From the NCBI GenBank assembly GCA_002104905.1, contig MCFE01000034.1:1-64000 (forward strand): DNA of 64,000 bases, written 5' to 3'. The translations under genes were made by a program, and so were the position numbers. The DNA is from Basidiobolus meristosporus CBS 931.73 (lineage: Eukaryota; Fungi; Basidiobolomycota). Each line of letters starts with the position of its first letter. The first letter of the stretch is position 1. Below the pieces are notes generated by a model. The model was not told where the DNA came from. It saw only the letters and a program-made list of their open reading frames with translations, and searched no databases. Positions 1 to 11,871 of the stretch are shown piece by piece.

Positions 1-2
1 CA

Positions 3-729
3 CAGCCAGCTATCAAGGTACACTTTAACTTTTATGTATTCACTATGATGATTGATATTGATATTCCACAACCGTTGATAGAAAACTCGTACATCATGTC
101 CAGATCTCCGCGCGCTTGCCAAAACCCCTTCTAGCCCAGTTCTATTGTTTTCCGATCGTAAACATTCCACCCCTACCATTTCTACGAATGAAACGGGTGA
201 GCACGTGCGTCGTAGAGCATATTCTCTTGGTGGGAGTGCTAAGCCGGCCACTCCAAGAGCGATCCATCGTCGGCCTCAAACATCCAGCAATTCGCCCATT
301 CTGACCGGAAGTAAGAAGATCCCCATTCCTCTTCAAGGTAATGAGCGCAAACACCAAGTCCGGTCGGTCAGCGCTTCGCCAGAAATTCGTTCGTTACGTA
401 AAATTGCTTCCTCCGCCACGTTAATGAGTAGATCTCCTGGAGCTCGATCGGTCTCCAACCCTTCAAACATGGGACTAGCTGGACTTCCTAGGTTTGACAG
501 CAAGGGGAATAATCGTACCAACATGCTACAGCAAAAGCTGACCATCCTGTCACAACTGCGCAAGGAGATGGACATTTTGGAGAGGGTCAATTCGGCGGCA
601 GCAGAGAGCATCTCACAAGAAGAGGAGAGACGTCGATTCCAGGCGATGCTGCGAAAGAAACGGGAATATATCCTGCGCCTGAAAGACCTCACCAAGGAAT
701 GTCAAGTGGCTTTGAGCTCGACCAGCTAA
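3..729 (+). CDS. 3' part of a spliced hypothetical gene running off the left edge; Ser/Pro/Arg-rich low-complexity region followed by a probable coiled coil
   Basis: The ORF 145-729 starts at TTG, but the frame is open from 82. A GTACAC...ATAG intron at 18-81 (64 nt) joins in phase to an open exon 3-17 (QPAIK|KTRTSCPDLR...). The C-terminus is heptad-like (LQQKLTILSQLRKEMDILERV...LRLKDLTKEC). Confidence 0.55.
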
Positions 730-1179
730 ATTGTGCGATGAATGATATCCAACGTCTTACTCTCTTCCCCACACCAACAACAGCAATAGTAGTGATTATC
801 AAGTATGATCGGGTATCCGCAAACCCTACATACATCCGACCACTGTATAGTATTCACGGACGACCCGTTTCGATCATAATCTTCCGAGTGGAGTCAGGCC
901 AACACGGCCTCCACACGTTTAACATTGGAAACGCAACCCAGCTATTTTGTAAATACCTTTATCAAAAACCCACCACCCTCCAAATCACTGTTCACTAATC
1001 CCGCTTCCCGATATATTCTCCCCGATGTTGTAATTTAGGATCCCGTGTAGTTTGTACGTTTCACAATCCAGCGAACCCTCGTCTAAACGAGCCTAACGTG
1101 TGCGCAAAGAACCCCCTCCCCCTCCTCTCCTGGCTGATTAACTTTAATGTAATTTTCCACTTATCCCCTCACGGACCGA

Positions 1180-1930
1180 TGTTATTATGGAGCTCCTTCA
1201 AAATCGTCACCACCCACCTCCCCGGGGGATTTCAATGCGGCGATCTCCCTCCGGCTGTCTAGCCACCATAATTTTGCCACTTTCTATTCCACCCCACCCG
1301 CCCACTATTACCTCCTGCTCATGTATCAGCACTTTCGGTCCATACCAAAGTAACCATGAATGGCAATGTTTGTTCCGATTAAATCCTACTTTCAAGGTAG
1401 AAAGCATTCATACTCAACCACCCCTCACGGTAGATCCCTGAACGTTTCCGGCTGCTACCCTGTTTATGATCCACCACCGACTTCACTCGACTACCCAGTG
1501 GGGGCGGCCATCGATTTGGTCAACGTTCATATATGGGTAAAACCCGTAAGTGGTCAGGAAGGGCCAACCATGTCCCCAGGCTACCCCCCCCCCCTGACGT
1601 GGGTTTCCGAATCCGAGGGAGCCGATTTTCCCTTTAAGGTACCAACCACCCACGCAAAAGGATTATATTGGGGCTCCCTCGGGTTTCGAGCGACTCCCGG
1701 GTGCCGGCGTGGTTAGTCATGGGGTGGAAAAAGGTGAGTGCGGTGGGTTCAGGATTTTCAGTGTGTGTAAATGATCATGGATTTTTGAAAGTATTCACAT
1801 ACGAAATTCTCATCTCTACCCGATTTTTTTCAGGATATACCCTGGAGTGGAATCGAACCACCAACCCCGCTCGTCGGCTTCGCAGGCTTGGCCACAAGCA
1901 AGGTAAGACTCAACTCTCGAGGAAATAGCT
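1180..1930 (+). pseudogene. Unidentified multi-exon gene relic
   Basis: Phase-0 splice signals: GTAAGT 1546 to TTTAAG 1638, GTGAGT 1734 to TTTTCAG 1833, and a GTAAGA donor at 1903. Spliced text reads ...DYPVGAAIDLVNVHIWVKP|VPTTHAKGLYWGSLGF(1-nt frameshift)SDSRVPAWLVMGWKK|DIPWSGIEPPTPLVGFAGLATSK. No family recognised. Confidence 0.35.
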
Positions 1931-2089
1931 AGTATAACCTATTAATAAAATGTTTAGTTGTTCATCTACAAATTGTGGATGTTTATTTTGTGATTTTGTT
2001 GGTTGGTTATATAGAAACCAACTTGGTTAATTAAATGTCGAGAGCTGCCACTTGAGAAGTCACTGCTTTCAGCAATGTAGAGTAACTTC

Positions 2090-3354
2090 ACCTAAACACC
2101 AAAAAATTATTCTTCTTCGGTCTACGACTTATCAAGGGGAAGTGGACGCGCCGTGTTGCGAAAAGATCGAGTGCATCGCTCGGTACGACGAAGTTAGTTT
2201 GGAGGAGGTTGGTTTGTTATGGAGAACGTTTAAACTTGGGGATACGATGAAACTCCTCGGCACCTTTGAGGGGGTTGAGTATTTCTTCCGAGTCAATACA
2301 CCCTTCTCAACTGGTTCATGTGAAGGGAATCTCGGTCCTCTCGAACTGGACTTCTAAGACACATTGCCTACTTCCCGAGCGGGTCTTTTGGGGACGAAAA
2401 GAGAAACGACCCTCTCAAAAGGACGAAGCGCCGGTTGTATCGGCGGATAATGAATGTAAATATTGGGTAAATACTGGCCATTGCGAGGTTTTACATTGCC
2501 CACATAATCTTCCCACGAATTCCGAAGAACTTTCCAGGCTTCGTAAGGAGTGGGTGGCTGGGGTGAGCCGTCTGTGAGGAACACTTCCGCTTTCGACTTC
2601 TTATATAACGGTCATTTCCCTTCCACTCGACCTTAGCGGGTCCAAAGAAGACGTAAATTGAATCTCTCCGAGGAGGATCCACACTCCAACGAGGAAAAAC
2701 AATCCCATAGACTCCGGGCAAAACACCTTGTCGACTGTTGATTCGGACCTTTTCAATGGAATACCTGAATTCCGGTCAAGGGGTGCTGGACGTGGCGGGC
2801 GGAAGAGACAATATCTCGTTTGAGTTGCATACCAAGCGTGTCATCCGAACCTCTTTGGTAGAGCCCAGAGAGATGAAAATAAGCAAGGCTCAGCGGAAGT
2901 TTCTCAAGTAGCAAGACTCATCTCACGGAGAAGTGTAAACAGATACTAGGCATCTTGGATTCGAACTTGATCGAATCGCATCGGGACTTGGTTCAAGGCT
3001 GCAGCATCATAATAGGAATGCATCCTGATCAAGGTAACCCCCCCCCCCCATGAACTCGTAAGTCAACCACTCAGGCTCATTGACATCTCATTTCCAGCCA
3101 CCGTGCCGATTGTAAATACCGCTATAGAATTTGTTAAACCTTTCGCCGTGGTTCCATGTTGGGTATTTGGACATGAGAATCCCCGCTGTCGACTTAATGG
3201 ATGGGGCAGTGTGAACCAATATGAAGAGTTCGTTCAATACCCAATAGAAAAGCAGTCCCCTCATACCACCGTCAAGAAGGATTTCATGAGCATCACCAGT
3301 CGGAACAAGATGGTCTTTTGTAAACCATACACTCGATCTCCCCCCGCTAAATAA
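2090..3354 (+). pseudogene. Pseudogene of the OB-fold + CCCH zinc finger + SAM-dependent methyltransferase-like family
   Basis: Pieces in order: TKKLFFFGL and EKIECIAR...FKLGDTMKLLG (OB-fold-like); CKYWVNTGHCEVLHCPH (CCCH-like); intron 2563-2636; DPHSNEEKQSHRLRAKHLVD, a frameshift near 2737, then LIRTFSMEYLNSGQGVLDVAGGRDNISFEL...LVEPR; TAG at 2909-2911; GCSIIIGMHPDQ, intron 3034-3097, ATVPIVNTAIEFVKPFAVVPCWVF...YEEFVQY...RNKMVF. The VLDVAGG and GMHPDQAT...KPFAVVPCCVF motifs are recalled hallmarks of this family. Confidence 0.8.
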
Positions 3355-3577
3355 ACGGCCGTATGATGCTGCTTTTTGGAAGGGGAGGGTTGCTCTTTCT
3401 TGGTTTTATTATGTACAGTTCGTGGCAACTGTGTGTTATCGTTTTCAAAACATGGGAACAGAAGAATCCAAATGGAAAATGGCCATTCTAGGTGTGGGAA
3501 GGGCGGGGTGAAATCTTAGGTGATCAAGAGCTATTAGGGAAGCTATACAGTGGTTGCCCAGATGATGACTAGTCCTT

Positions 3578-6121
3578 CTATCCGAAAATTAGGCGTAGTA
3601 CGAGATAACTGACACAGCCAGTGAATTTGATCAACGAGAGGATAGCCACGGACCAGAAGATAAACGCCAAATAACCATCCCCGTTGCCATCTCCTGAGAT
3701 GACTCCGATCATTAGGATTGCGTTGGAAATGATCCATAGCAAGACGACTCGAGTACGGAATAGTTTGTAGTAGTCTTCTTTCTTGGTGGAAGGATCGATT
3801 TCCTCTTTTTTAGGTTCCGGCCGGATTCGTAGCTCACTCTCCAGACAATCGTAGATTGCGTTGATGTCCGTCTTTTCCGTTGGCACTTCGACCTGGGCCA
3901 CCTCCACACCCTGGTTATTGGTAGTGGAGGTGACATTACCATGGCTTGCAGGCTGTGTTTCTACCTTGTTGTCTCCTTTGGTACCCCACGATACATCATG
4001 TGTGTTGCAGAATGAGTACACCATCAGAATGTTGATGAACGAGGGAAAGATGAATATGAACTGGATGAAACTGGTAAATATGTGCCACGGCTGCAGATAC
4101 AGGAAGGACGAGACGATGTAGAGCCCATAAGTGGAGGCAATGGCGATAAAGATGTTCGTAGTCTGCGAGGTGAAAGGACTAGAATCTAATAACGACATAT
4201 GCGCGGGATCCTTGAAGTACACTACGAGGTTGAAAACAATGGTATAGGTGATGATAAACATGACGAAGGCAAAAAGATAAACGCAGAGTATGTAAATCGA
4301 TCGCGATCCTTGAGGACGGTTTCCAAGTGCCAGGATAAACTGCACAATAATTCCAATACAGAACAAATCACGAACTATAGGGTAGATTAGCCAAGACGCT
4401 CCAAAGAAAGGATCTATTTGACCTGGGTCTCGGCCCTTAATGATATCGCCCTTATCATTCCTGGGGATGGAGTTGTTGGAGATGAAGTAGAAGATGAGGT
4501 AGAAATTGCCAACGGAGAACCAACTAAACATAAGAGAGATGGTGCTGTAGACGAATTCAACCATGAACAAAAACTTGCGGCCGCTTCCGTGTTCTGTCTT
4601 GAAGATTTGGAACCAGTGGGCCATGGCAAAGAACGCGGCGAAGAGGGAACCGTTCAACCAACGACGACGCTGTGAAATGAACTCTGGCCAAGAGTCTGGC
4701 GCATCCGTCTCGGCTTTCGCCGACTTAACATACTTCAAAATCCATTTACAGTTTTTCTTGGCGACCAACTCGAAGCACAGGATACGATCTTCCGCAAGAT
4801 ACATATTTGCCTCGAAGATGCCACCAGTAGCATTGGGGCCGTGCATCGCCTCCCCCTTGAAATAGGAGGCAAGTGGTCCAACACCAGGCGCCGAGTTCTT
4901 CAAGGCTGCATATCTGTAAGCGGAGAAGGCGCCGGGGAGAACACTTATGTACCCAAAGACACTTTCCAGAGGTTTATCCAGGATATTACTCATCTTGTAC
5001 TCGAAGTTTTGCGCAGCGATGAGTGGGTTCAACAAATTCTTCCATTTCGGACCCAATTCGACACAGATCTCACCACATGCACCACCCAAGTTTGGGTTCC
5101 GATCAAAGGCTTTCCATAAGTGGTAGATAGATGTTCCACTAGGCTTGGTCCCAACATCCAAGAGAACGCACACATTTGGGTTTAGGAGTGGGGCGAAGGC
5201 GTTGAAAAACCAACGATGGGAATTGAGTTTCTTGGCATTTTTCTCCTTTAGGCAGAAGAGAATCTGAATGGGGTCCATATTGTTTTCCTTGATACTGTGA
5301 ACGTTGAACTCCCCGTCAACATACTTCTGCGTAGAGAATTCGTATATGTGTGCAGTCACCGGTTTCCCGTTTACAGAGCCCTGACTGATGCCGTCTTGAT
5401 AGACCCCCATCAAACCAAGGACTTGTAGAACCCGTGGGTGGATTTTGGCTCGACCATCCGAGACAATACAGACCACCACTTTCTGCCATCCGTTGTTGCC
5501 CCACACACGGGATTTGGAGCGTTTGCATAGATGATGAATGTTCTTTAACACCCCGGTGAACGTCTTGATAAATAGTTCTTCGCTCTCATTATACATAGTC
5601 ATGACGATGAACAACTCAGTGGATCTTCCGTAGAGGGCCGGTCTCAAGGTATATCTCTCTTTCAAGAAGTCGTTGGGGTCGCAAGTGGCAGCGGTATAGC
5701 GCATGTGCGTGAATTCCTCGTGATCCGTGAATGGGACGTTTTGTATCACCTTATCTGGCACTGGGCAGTCCAAAACCAGGTTTCCAGATGTGAGCTCTAC
5801 GTAACGCATGTTTTGCTTCCTTTCCTCCATGAACTGCTGGTACCTTCTAGCATTAGGTGGTGGCGCATTTCTGTTGTCGTACAGATCCTCAATCGTAGAA
5901 GCCACATGGTGGGACACCAGAGGAATATTGCTCTCACAAGACATGCGATCTGTATTTGACTCCTCTGAGGCTCTTACCATCGGTGACTCTGGACGGGGGT
6001 ATCTTGGAGAGAGGTTGGAGCTACTTTCTTCATACTCTTGGAAGCCATCGACGGAGAGCATCGGAGACCCGCCATACGAATCTTCCAAATTAAACTTCGG
6101 GTTATTGAAGGGATCAGCCAT
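3578..6121 (-). CDS. chs: Chitin synthase, division 1 (class I/II-type), 847 aa, intronless coding region
   Basis: Motifs TMYNE, LLDVGT, QNFEYKMSNILDKPLES, VLPGAFSAYR, LAEDRIL, QRRRW and HDVSWGTKG, plus C-terminal hydrophobic transmembrane segments. No myosin or cytochrome-b5 domain. Confidence 0.97.
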   Translation of the reverse strand: MADPFNNPKFNLEDSYGGSPMLSVDGFQEYEESSSNLSPRYPRPESPMVRASEESNTDRMSCESNIPLVSHHVASTIEDLYDNRNAPPPNARRYQQFMEERKQNMRYVELTSGNLVLDCPVPDKVIQNVPFTDHEEFTHMRYTAATCDPNDFLKERYTLRPALYGRSTELFIVMTMYNESEELFIKTFTGVLKNIHHLCKRSKSRVWGNNGWQKVVVCIVSDGRAKIHPRVLQVLGLMGVYQDGISQGSVNGKPVTAHIYEFSTQKYVDGEFNVHSIKENNMDPIQILFCLKEKNAKKLNSHRWFFNAFAPLLNPNVCVLLDVGTKPSGTSIYHLWKAFDRNPNLGGACGEICVELGPKWKNLLNPLIAAQNFEYKMSNILDKPLESVFGYISVLPGAFSAYRYAALKNSAPGVGPLASYFKGEAMHGPNATGGIFEANMYLAEDRILCFELVAKKNCKWILKYVKSAKAETDAPDSWPEFISQRRRWLNGSLFAAFFAMAHWFQIFKTEHGSGRKFLFMVEFVYSTISLMFSWFSVGNFYLIFYFISNNSIPRNDKGDIIKGRDPGQIDPFFGASWLIYPIVRDLFCIGIIVQFILALGNRPQGSRSIYILCVYLFAFVMFIITYTIVFNLVVYFKDPAHMSLLDSSPFTSQTTNIFIAIASTYGLYIVSSFLYLQPWHIFTSFIQFIFIFPSFINILMVYSFCNTHDVSWGTKGDNKVETQPASHGNVTSTTNNQGVEVAQVEVPTEKTDINAIYDCLESELRIRPEPKKEEIDPSTKKEDYYKLFRTRVVLLWIISNAILMIGVISGDGNGDGYLAFIFWSVAILSLIKFTGCVSYLVLRLIFG

Positions 6122-8369
6122 GTAGAGACTAGGGGTATTTCTTGATTGAAGTGGCTATTGATGGGAACAATAAACGGTCAAATGTCTACGTCTCTGGTGT
6201 TGAAGGAAGCACGAAGAACCTACAGGATGCGTGAGAGGAATGGTCGGTAAACAGACAGTGTTACTCTTGCTCATCAATAAATAATTGTCGAGGATCATAA
6301 CAATTCTGGCCAATGGGGGTTTGACTTCATTGTTGATCTCGTTGGAATTATGGAATGATCCTGAAACCCTTCCATTGGTTACCTCCAAATGAGCCAATGA
6401 TCGTTGGTGATCAGTTCTCAATGCTACTTGATTCGATACGCTTGCGGATCTGGATATATTAACTAGAAATCAGGATTCTGTTGGAAGCAGAAGTGGAGTT
6501 TGGAAATCTTCCTCCGATGATGCACCCGTTGTGAAAGCCTAATTCTACCACCAGTAGACCGTCTTTCATACAATATGTTTGACTGTTGGAACGCTGGAGG
6601 GTTGGCAATGGGTATGAAACCCCAATGATGGTGACGGAGTGTTGGGATTTTAAAACTAGTTGGAGGCCAGTTTGATACTCTTACCGAGTCAAGGTGTGAC
6701 CGATGATCGCAGCCATTGTGTTACTTGGACGATCGGGTCTTTTCTAGGTTAGGATTAGGTGAGCTAAACAAGGCCCATATTATTAAACAGAAAGTAACCA
6801 ACTGTTCACTACATAATCGCTGTGACATATTAGACGGTGGATGATGGTAACGAGACTCGAATTAGATGGCATCAATCCTCCAGAGATACCCATTGGTGGG
6901 CTATCTTGAATGTGACACCAACCTGACATCCATCGTGTCTGCTGAGTATATTTATCAAAAGCATAGGCCTCAGTAGTCATGGGAAAGTTCCAACCATTGT
7001 GGCGCCTATTGGCCAATACATGGAGTATGTATACTACTGTTGTCTGGCGTTTCCTGCAGTGGATACCTGTTGTAGTGCCAAGTTGCATACCAACTAGCCT
7101 GGGACTACTCATCATCTAAATACGAACTTGAAGATAATAAATGCTGGATGGAACGGCATCCAGCAGTGAACACGTCACTCAAGGCCGTGTAAAACATGGC
7201 CCCAAAGGAGAGGATCGGTGTTTATCTTTATGTGGATCAACTGTCAACAGTAATGTATCAGTCCATGGAGATGCCCATACAAGATAGGAAGCAGTGTAGG
7301 CCATAGAGATGATGGATTGCATAATGGCCTATCCCTCCATCACGTCAAGTCCACCCCTGCCTATAAGAACCGGTTATCCATGAGCTGATCTCAATGAACG
7401 ACTATTGAGTCAACAGGTGAGGTGCAGATGGAATGAATGTGTGTTTGATTCAGAAAGCCCATTTCAATGTATAGTGGGGATTCTTTTCGATTGGATTCGT
7501 TGTTTCTCGTAGGTCCTAATGAGTTGCTGTGTAACTACGTTAGGAAGACCTAACCATTCTTTATGTTTCATCCCTTTCTACAATGGAGTACATGTGTAGC
7601 CGGAGAGCTTCATCATAATGGGGCGGAAAACCAGTTGCCATCCCAATCTCACGTGAATAGACTCTACTCAACTCCAGCATTGAGTTCCATACAGAAAAGT
7701 GGATGGTGACCGAAATGAAGTGTCGATCATCCAGTCAGACAAGCATCCAAATGACGGTCAAATTGTCAATTTAATGAGCACTGATGGAGCCGGTTTTGGG
7801 CGGACGGAGGTATGAAGATGCCGTCTCTAGTGGGGTCCATCAAATCCTCCCATGGCTCATTTGCTGCTGCTGCTGCAGATGCTGGAGTGAAATGACTCTG
7901 GCTAACTAGGCTTGGTTAGATTGGCTCGTTTCAAATGACTCAAATCCGTCAAGTACCCACTCCAAGGAATCCACCACTAGGCAGCCAATCAATGAGAAGT
8001 AGTGGCAGCGGAAGTTCCATTTCAGATTATGATCAAGCGATGGCAAGCGATATAGTACGGGTCATCTCGTAGTCAAACAGGTCCCCGACACCGGGGAACG
8101 TATGTTACCTTCATTTAATTCGAAAGTAAGGGATTTGTGGTAATGTGAATACGACAAGGATGAGGACATTTTGGACAGATATTGTGTGGGTGTTGGCGTT
8201 TGTTCAAAGAAATCGTTGAGAGATTTTGCAAGTATATCACATAAGAGTCGGTTCGGTTATATTGAGGAAATAAACAATGTTGGGAGGTGGGTCGGTGTTC
8301 AGAGGGGAGTGGACGGGAAGGGAAGGGAGAATACAAAACCAAAATAAACAATTGAAAGTATGGATTTTT

Positions 8370-9811
8370 CTATTCACGGCACTGAGGTCTCTTTGCGCGG
8401 TGCCGGCCCAGCGCGTCCATTCTGGAGAACTTTTTGCCACAGTGATCGCAATTGAATGGCTTCACACCGGAATGAATCTTGTAGTGGCGTTTTAAATCAT
8501 GGTTACGGCTGAATGTCTGATCACACTTGTCGCAAGCAAAGGGTCGGTCGTCAGTATGCGTACGGTAATGCGATTTGAGATTGTATAGACGAGTGAAGGC
8601 TTTCCCACAGGATGGAAACTCGCAAGTGTAAACTGCAATGGATTCGTCCGACTCGGGGGTATCCATGTTCTCTGTAACACCCTTTTTCCGAGAATTTTTC
8701 GGTACCGGGGGCTTTGGATGCTTTCTGGCCGTGTCTCTAGATGGGGATGCTTTGCTGCAAGCAGTACCTTTCATCGAGGGTGAATCAGCAATATCCTCCG
8801 TGGATGATGATGAGATGCTTGAGCGCCTGCTACTAGAGGGTGTGTAATCAGAATCTATATCCTCTTTATCTGGTGTCCCCTCACTACTCTCTGTGTCTAA
8901 GAACTCACTCAGCATATCGGTGATATCGTTGGGATGGTCTGTCACTGGAATCTCCCCACAGTCAGTATCTGCTGTCACTAGGTCGCTGAATAAATCTTCG
9001 AATACGAACTGATTCCCAACATCAAATTCAGCGAAACGATCACCTTCCCTAGTATGCCCTTTTTGTTTCTTATTCGACGGAAAGAGATCTACATCGATGC
9101 TATGACGCTTGGTCGTTGTGCTAGTATTACATTGCTCGGATTTCTCCACTGGGCTGGTCGCACTGTGCGGTTTTGTGAAGGAGTCATCGTTGAACTCCAA
9201 AATGTCACAAGGCCTGCATATGGAGGTTGGGTCGATTGCAAGAGGATTTTCGTAGATGGGGGTAATAAGAAATGAGGTGGGTGCAGAGAGTGGAGAGGTA
9301 TTTGTTAGTGTGCTTGATTCTGAGAATGCGAAGGATGTGTGTTGTATGTTGTCTGTAGCAAATGATGGGAGGATTTTGTGGTCTCCAAGTGGTGATTCTG
9401 AATAGGGGAGTCCAAGGATTGAGTCAAGACAGCCTTCCTGAGCGTCGTCACTTCTCACGGGCTGTTGGGAGTTTCCTAAACATCGTGAAGGGACAATACA
9501 AGTCAGTCAACCTTGCTCTGTATGGGTAGGAGCTGGGGCAGCAACGTACCAAGTGGGGTCTGTACAAGAGTTGGTACATTGGTGAGCTCGTAGTCACTGG
9601 GCTGGACCATGGACAGTGAATCGATGCTACAGGTCTCAAGTGGAGAAAGTACAAAGTTGAAGTCCAGCATATCATTCGATTGCATATACTTGTCCGAATG
9701 AAGATAATCATTCGACGATGGGAGCAGCTGTTCATCCAACAACAATCCGTCAGCATTGAATAAGAAGGAAGAGTCGATACTCATTCTTTCTAATTGTCCA
9801 ATAGAGAGCAT
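8370..9811 (-). CDS. C2H2 zinc-finger transcription factor, Crz1-like fingers, 2 exons (9550-9811, 8370-9475), about 455 aa
   Basis: Three C-terminal fingers (CEFPSCGKAFTRLYNLKSHYRTH; CDKCDQTFSRNHDLKRHYKIH; CDHCGKKFSRMDALGRH). A GTACGT donor at 9549, an ACTGAC branch site and a TTTAG acceptor at 9476 (74-nt intron) join the 9503-9865 ORF in frame to the 8370-9458 ORF. The first in-frame ATG is at 9811. Confidence 0.88.
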
Positions 9812-11814
9812 TGTATAGGTGGTGGAAGAAAGATCCAAAGCTGATATAGAGTTGACAATTGACACTCAATATTCAAACGAGGCAAGAGTTGAACAACGGA
9901 CGATATCTTACTGGGACAGCTAATAATATTATTGAACCAGGATAAAGATGAGAAGGAGACTGTGGAGTATTTATAATGGCATCAAGCCAGTCACACAAGG
10001 GGACACTGCAATGAATCATTGGAGGATATAATTGAAGCTCACCACGCAAGATTGGACAAAATAAGGAGGAAATCAGAATCCCAATCATTTGGTTCATTTC
10101 TGGGGGAATCATTCGGTGTTTTTTCAGGTGAGAATTTCATCGGGAATAGGTTCGAGAAGCCGTCTCAGAAGCTCTAATAAAGCAAGACAAAGGCGAAACC
10201 AAAGCACAGCTCTGTATCCCCAGCCTAATTTATTGGGAATATATGTAGTTCAGATGTCGAGCGATTCTCTATCCGGTGTGCGGCTAGAATCAATCAAGGA
10301 TCCACAAGGCTTATACTAAATTAGATGCACCACTCTTTCGACCAGACCATTCAACTCGTGCATGCTAACGTACAATCCAAATCTAGGAATTAAAGGAAGA
10401 AACAAGTTTATGCCACCATGCACTCTTTCCTTACTTTAGGTCGAGCAGCAAGTTGATGTCCTATTAATCAACGACGCTGTCCCAGAGTAGGGGTCTGGGT
10501 AGAGTCTCACCCTTGCTCTCTCTCTCCACACACTCCATTAGCATACATATGGTATGGTGTGATTGCTACGAGAACATACACACCACCCAATCATCACATC
10601 CTTATTTTTACGCAACCTCTTATTCAACATTTACGCAATCCTGCTGTACTTTAAGCAAGACTGATGCAACGAAATGATCGACTCTTTGTTTAAAATGGGC
10701 TCATCATAAATGCCAAACCACATGGTGACTGAATCCTATACCTGGCCATTATACTGGATCATGGACTTGACCATCAGTATGTTTAGCATGGATCATGCTC
10801 CATTGTACATGATAGTCTTTTGGTATTGTTAGCTTAACGGCTTGCGTACCAGTTGGTACTACGCCGGAATGTTTTGATTGAGGTGTTTAAACTGGGAAAG
10901 GAAAGAATTCAATCTATGTTTTCACACCAAACTCTCACAGAAGCCTACTTCCCTGAGATTTTTCAATCCAGACCAGAAGAATTGAGGATGAGCAGGTGGT
11001 GTTATTCCATAGCTGAATTGGCCGTGTACTGGCATAGGGGATCTGCATGAAAGCCCTGTAGCTCTCTACCAAGTTTCGTCTTAGCCAAACGCTGCTAAGC
11101 CACCCCATAGCTGATTATCAAAATGGAAGAATGCCAAGAGACATCAATACACTATGCTACTACAGCAAGTGTTACTGCATTCCAGCTTGACATCCCATAG
11201 CTCAGCATCGTGAGGAAGGAGCGAGTGGGATTGTCACAAACCTCCAGAATCCCTTTCACATTTGCAAATGAATGAATGAACGAACCCTTAGACCTTCTGA
11301 CATTCAGGTCATGTTTACTATCTTGGAGTTCACCACCATCAACATGAGCTAGGCCCGAATTCACCCGATATAGATGCTCCTCATGAGCACTCAAGTTGGT
11401 TGTTGGAGGATCTAGATATCAAGGAAAATCGCATCAAGCAAACCTGCTCAAATGAGGCCCATATCTCTTGCACAATAATTGAAGCCAGGCGTTATTGGAC
11501 ATTTCTGTGGTACATAACCAGCGAACTTCCATTCTTGGCCTTACCGACAAGAAAAATATGTTGATCAAGCTCACACTATTCATGACTCATAATGGAAGGT
11601 GGATACTGAAAAAAATTTGCTCGCAAACTAATCAGAGGACAGAATCGCCATCCACTCGTAAGAGCCGCTCATACCGAATGTTCTATTCATGGTTACATTT
11701 GGGCCATTCATTCGCCTCTTGGTACTGCTTTTGTTTCTACTAGGGGTCATCTCGGGGGATCCCCGTTTTTTGCGCAATACATACAAAAACCCACTGAAGT
11801 TCAGCTGAAAAAAG

Positions 11815-11871
11815 GTTTGTGACTCCGCTCAAATTTCCTTACTCTTTCACACTCTTTCGTTATCTTTATAG
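11815..11871 (+). other. Probable 5'-UTR intron ending directly before the ADE12 start codon
   Basis: AAG|GTTTGT at 11815, a pyrimidine-rich body and TATAG|ATG at 11871/11872; 57 nt, the same size class as the coding intron. Confidence 0.5.

Noticed and set aside
6129-6189. Candidate 61-nt intron just upstream of the chs ATG
   Set aside because: GT-AG ends and size fit, but no upstream start or supporting evidence; left uncalled.
7142-7165. 9-bp perfect hairpin TGCTGGATG-GAACGG-CATCCAGCA
   Set aside because: A single short stem with no recurrence or context; expected by chance in 64 kb.
6783-7900. 110-aa minus-strand ORF and nearby short frames, including a CAG/GCA run
   Set aside because: No recognisable motif or consistent exon chain.
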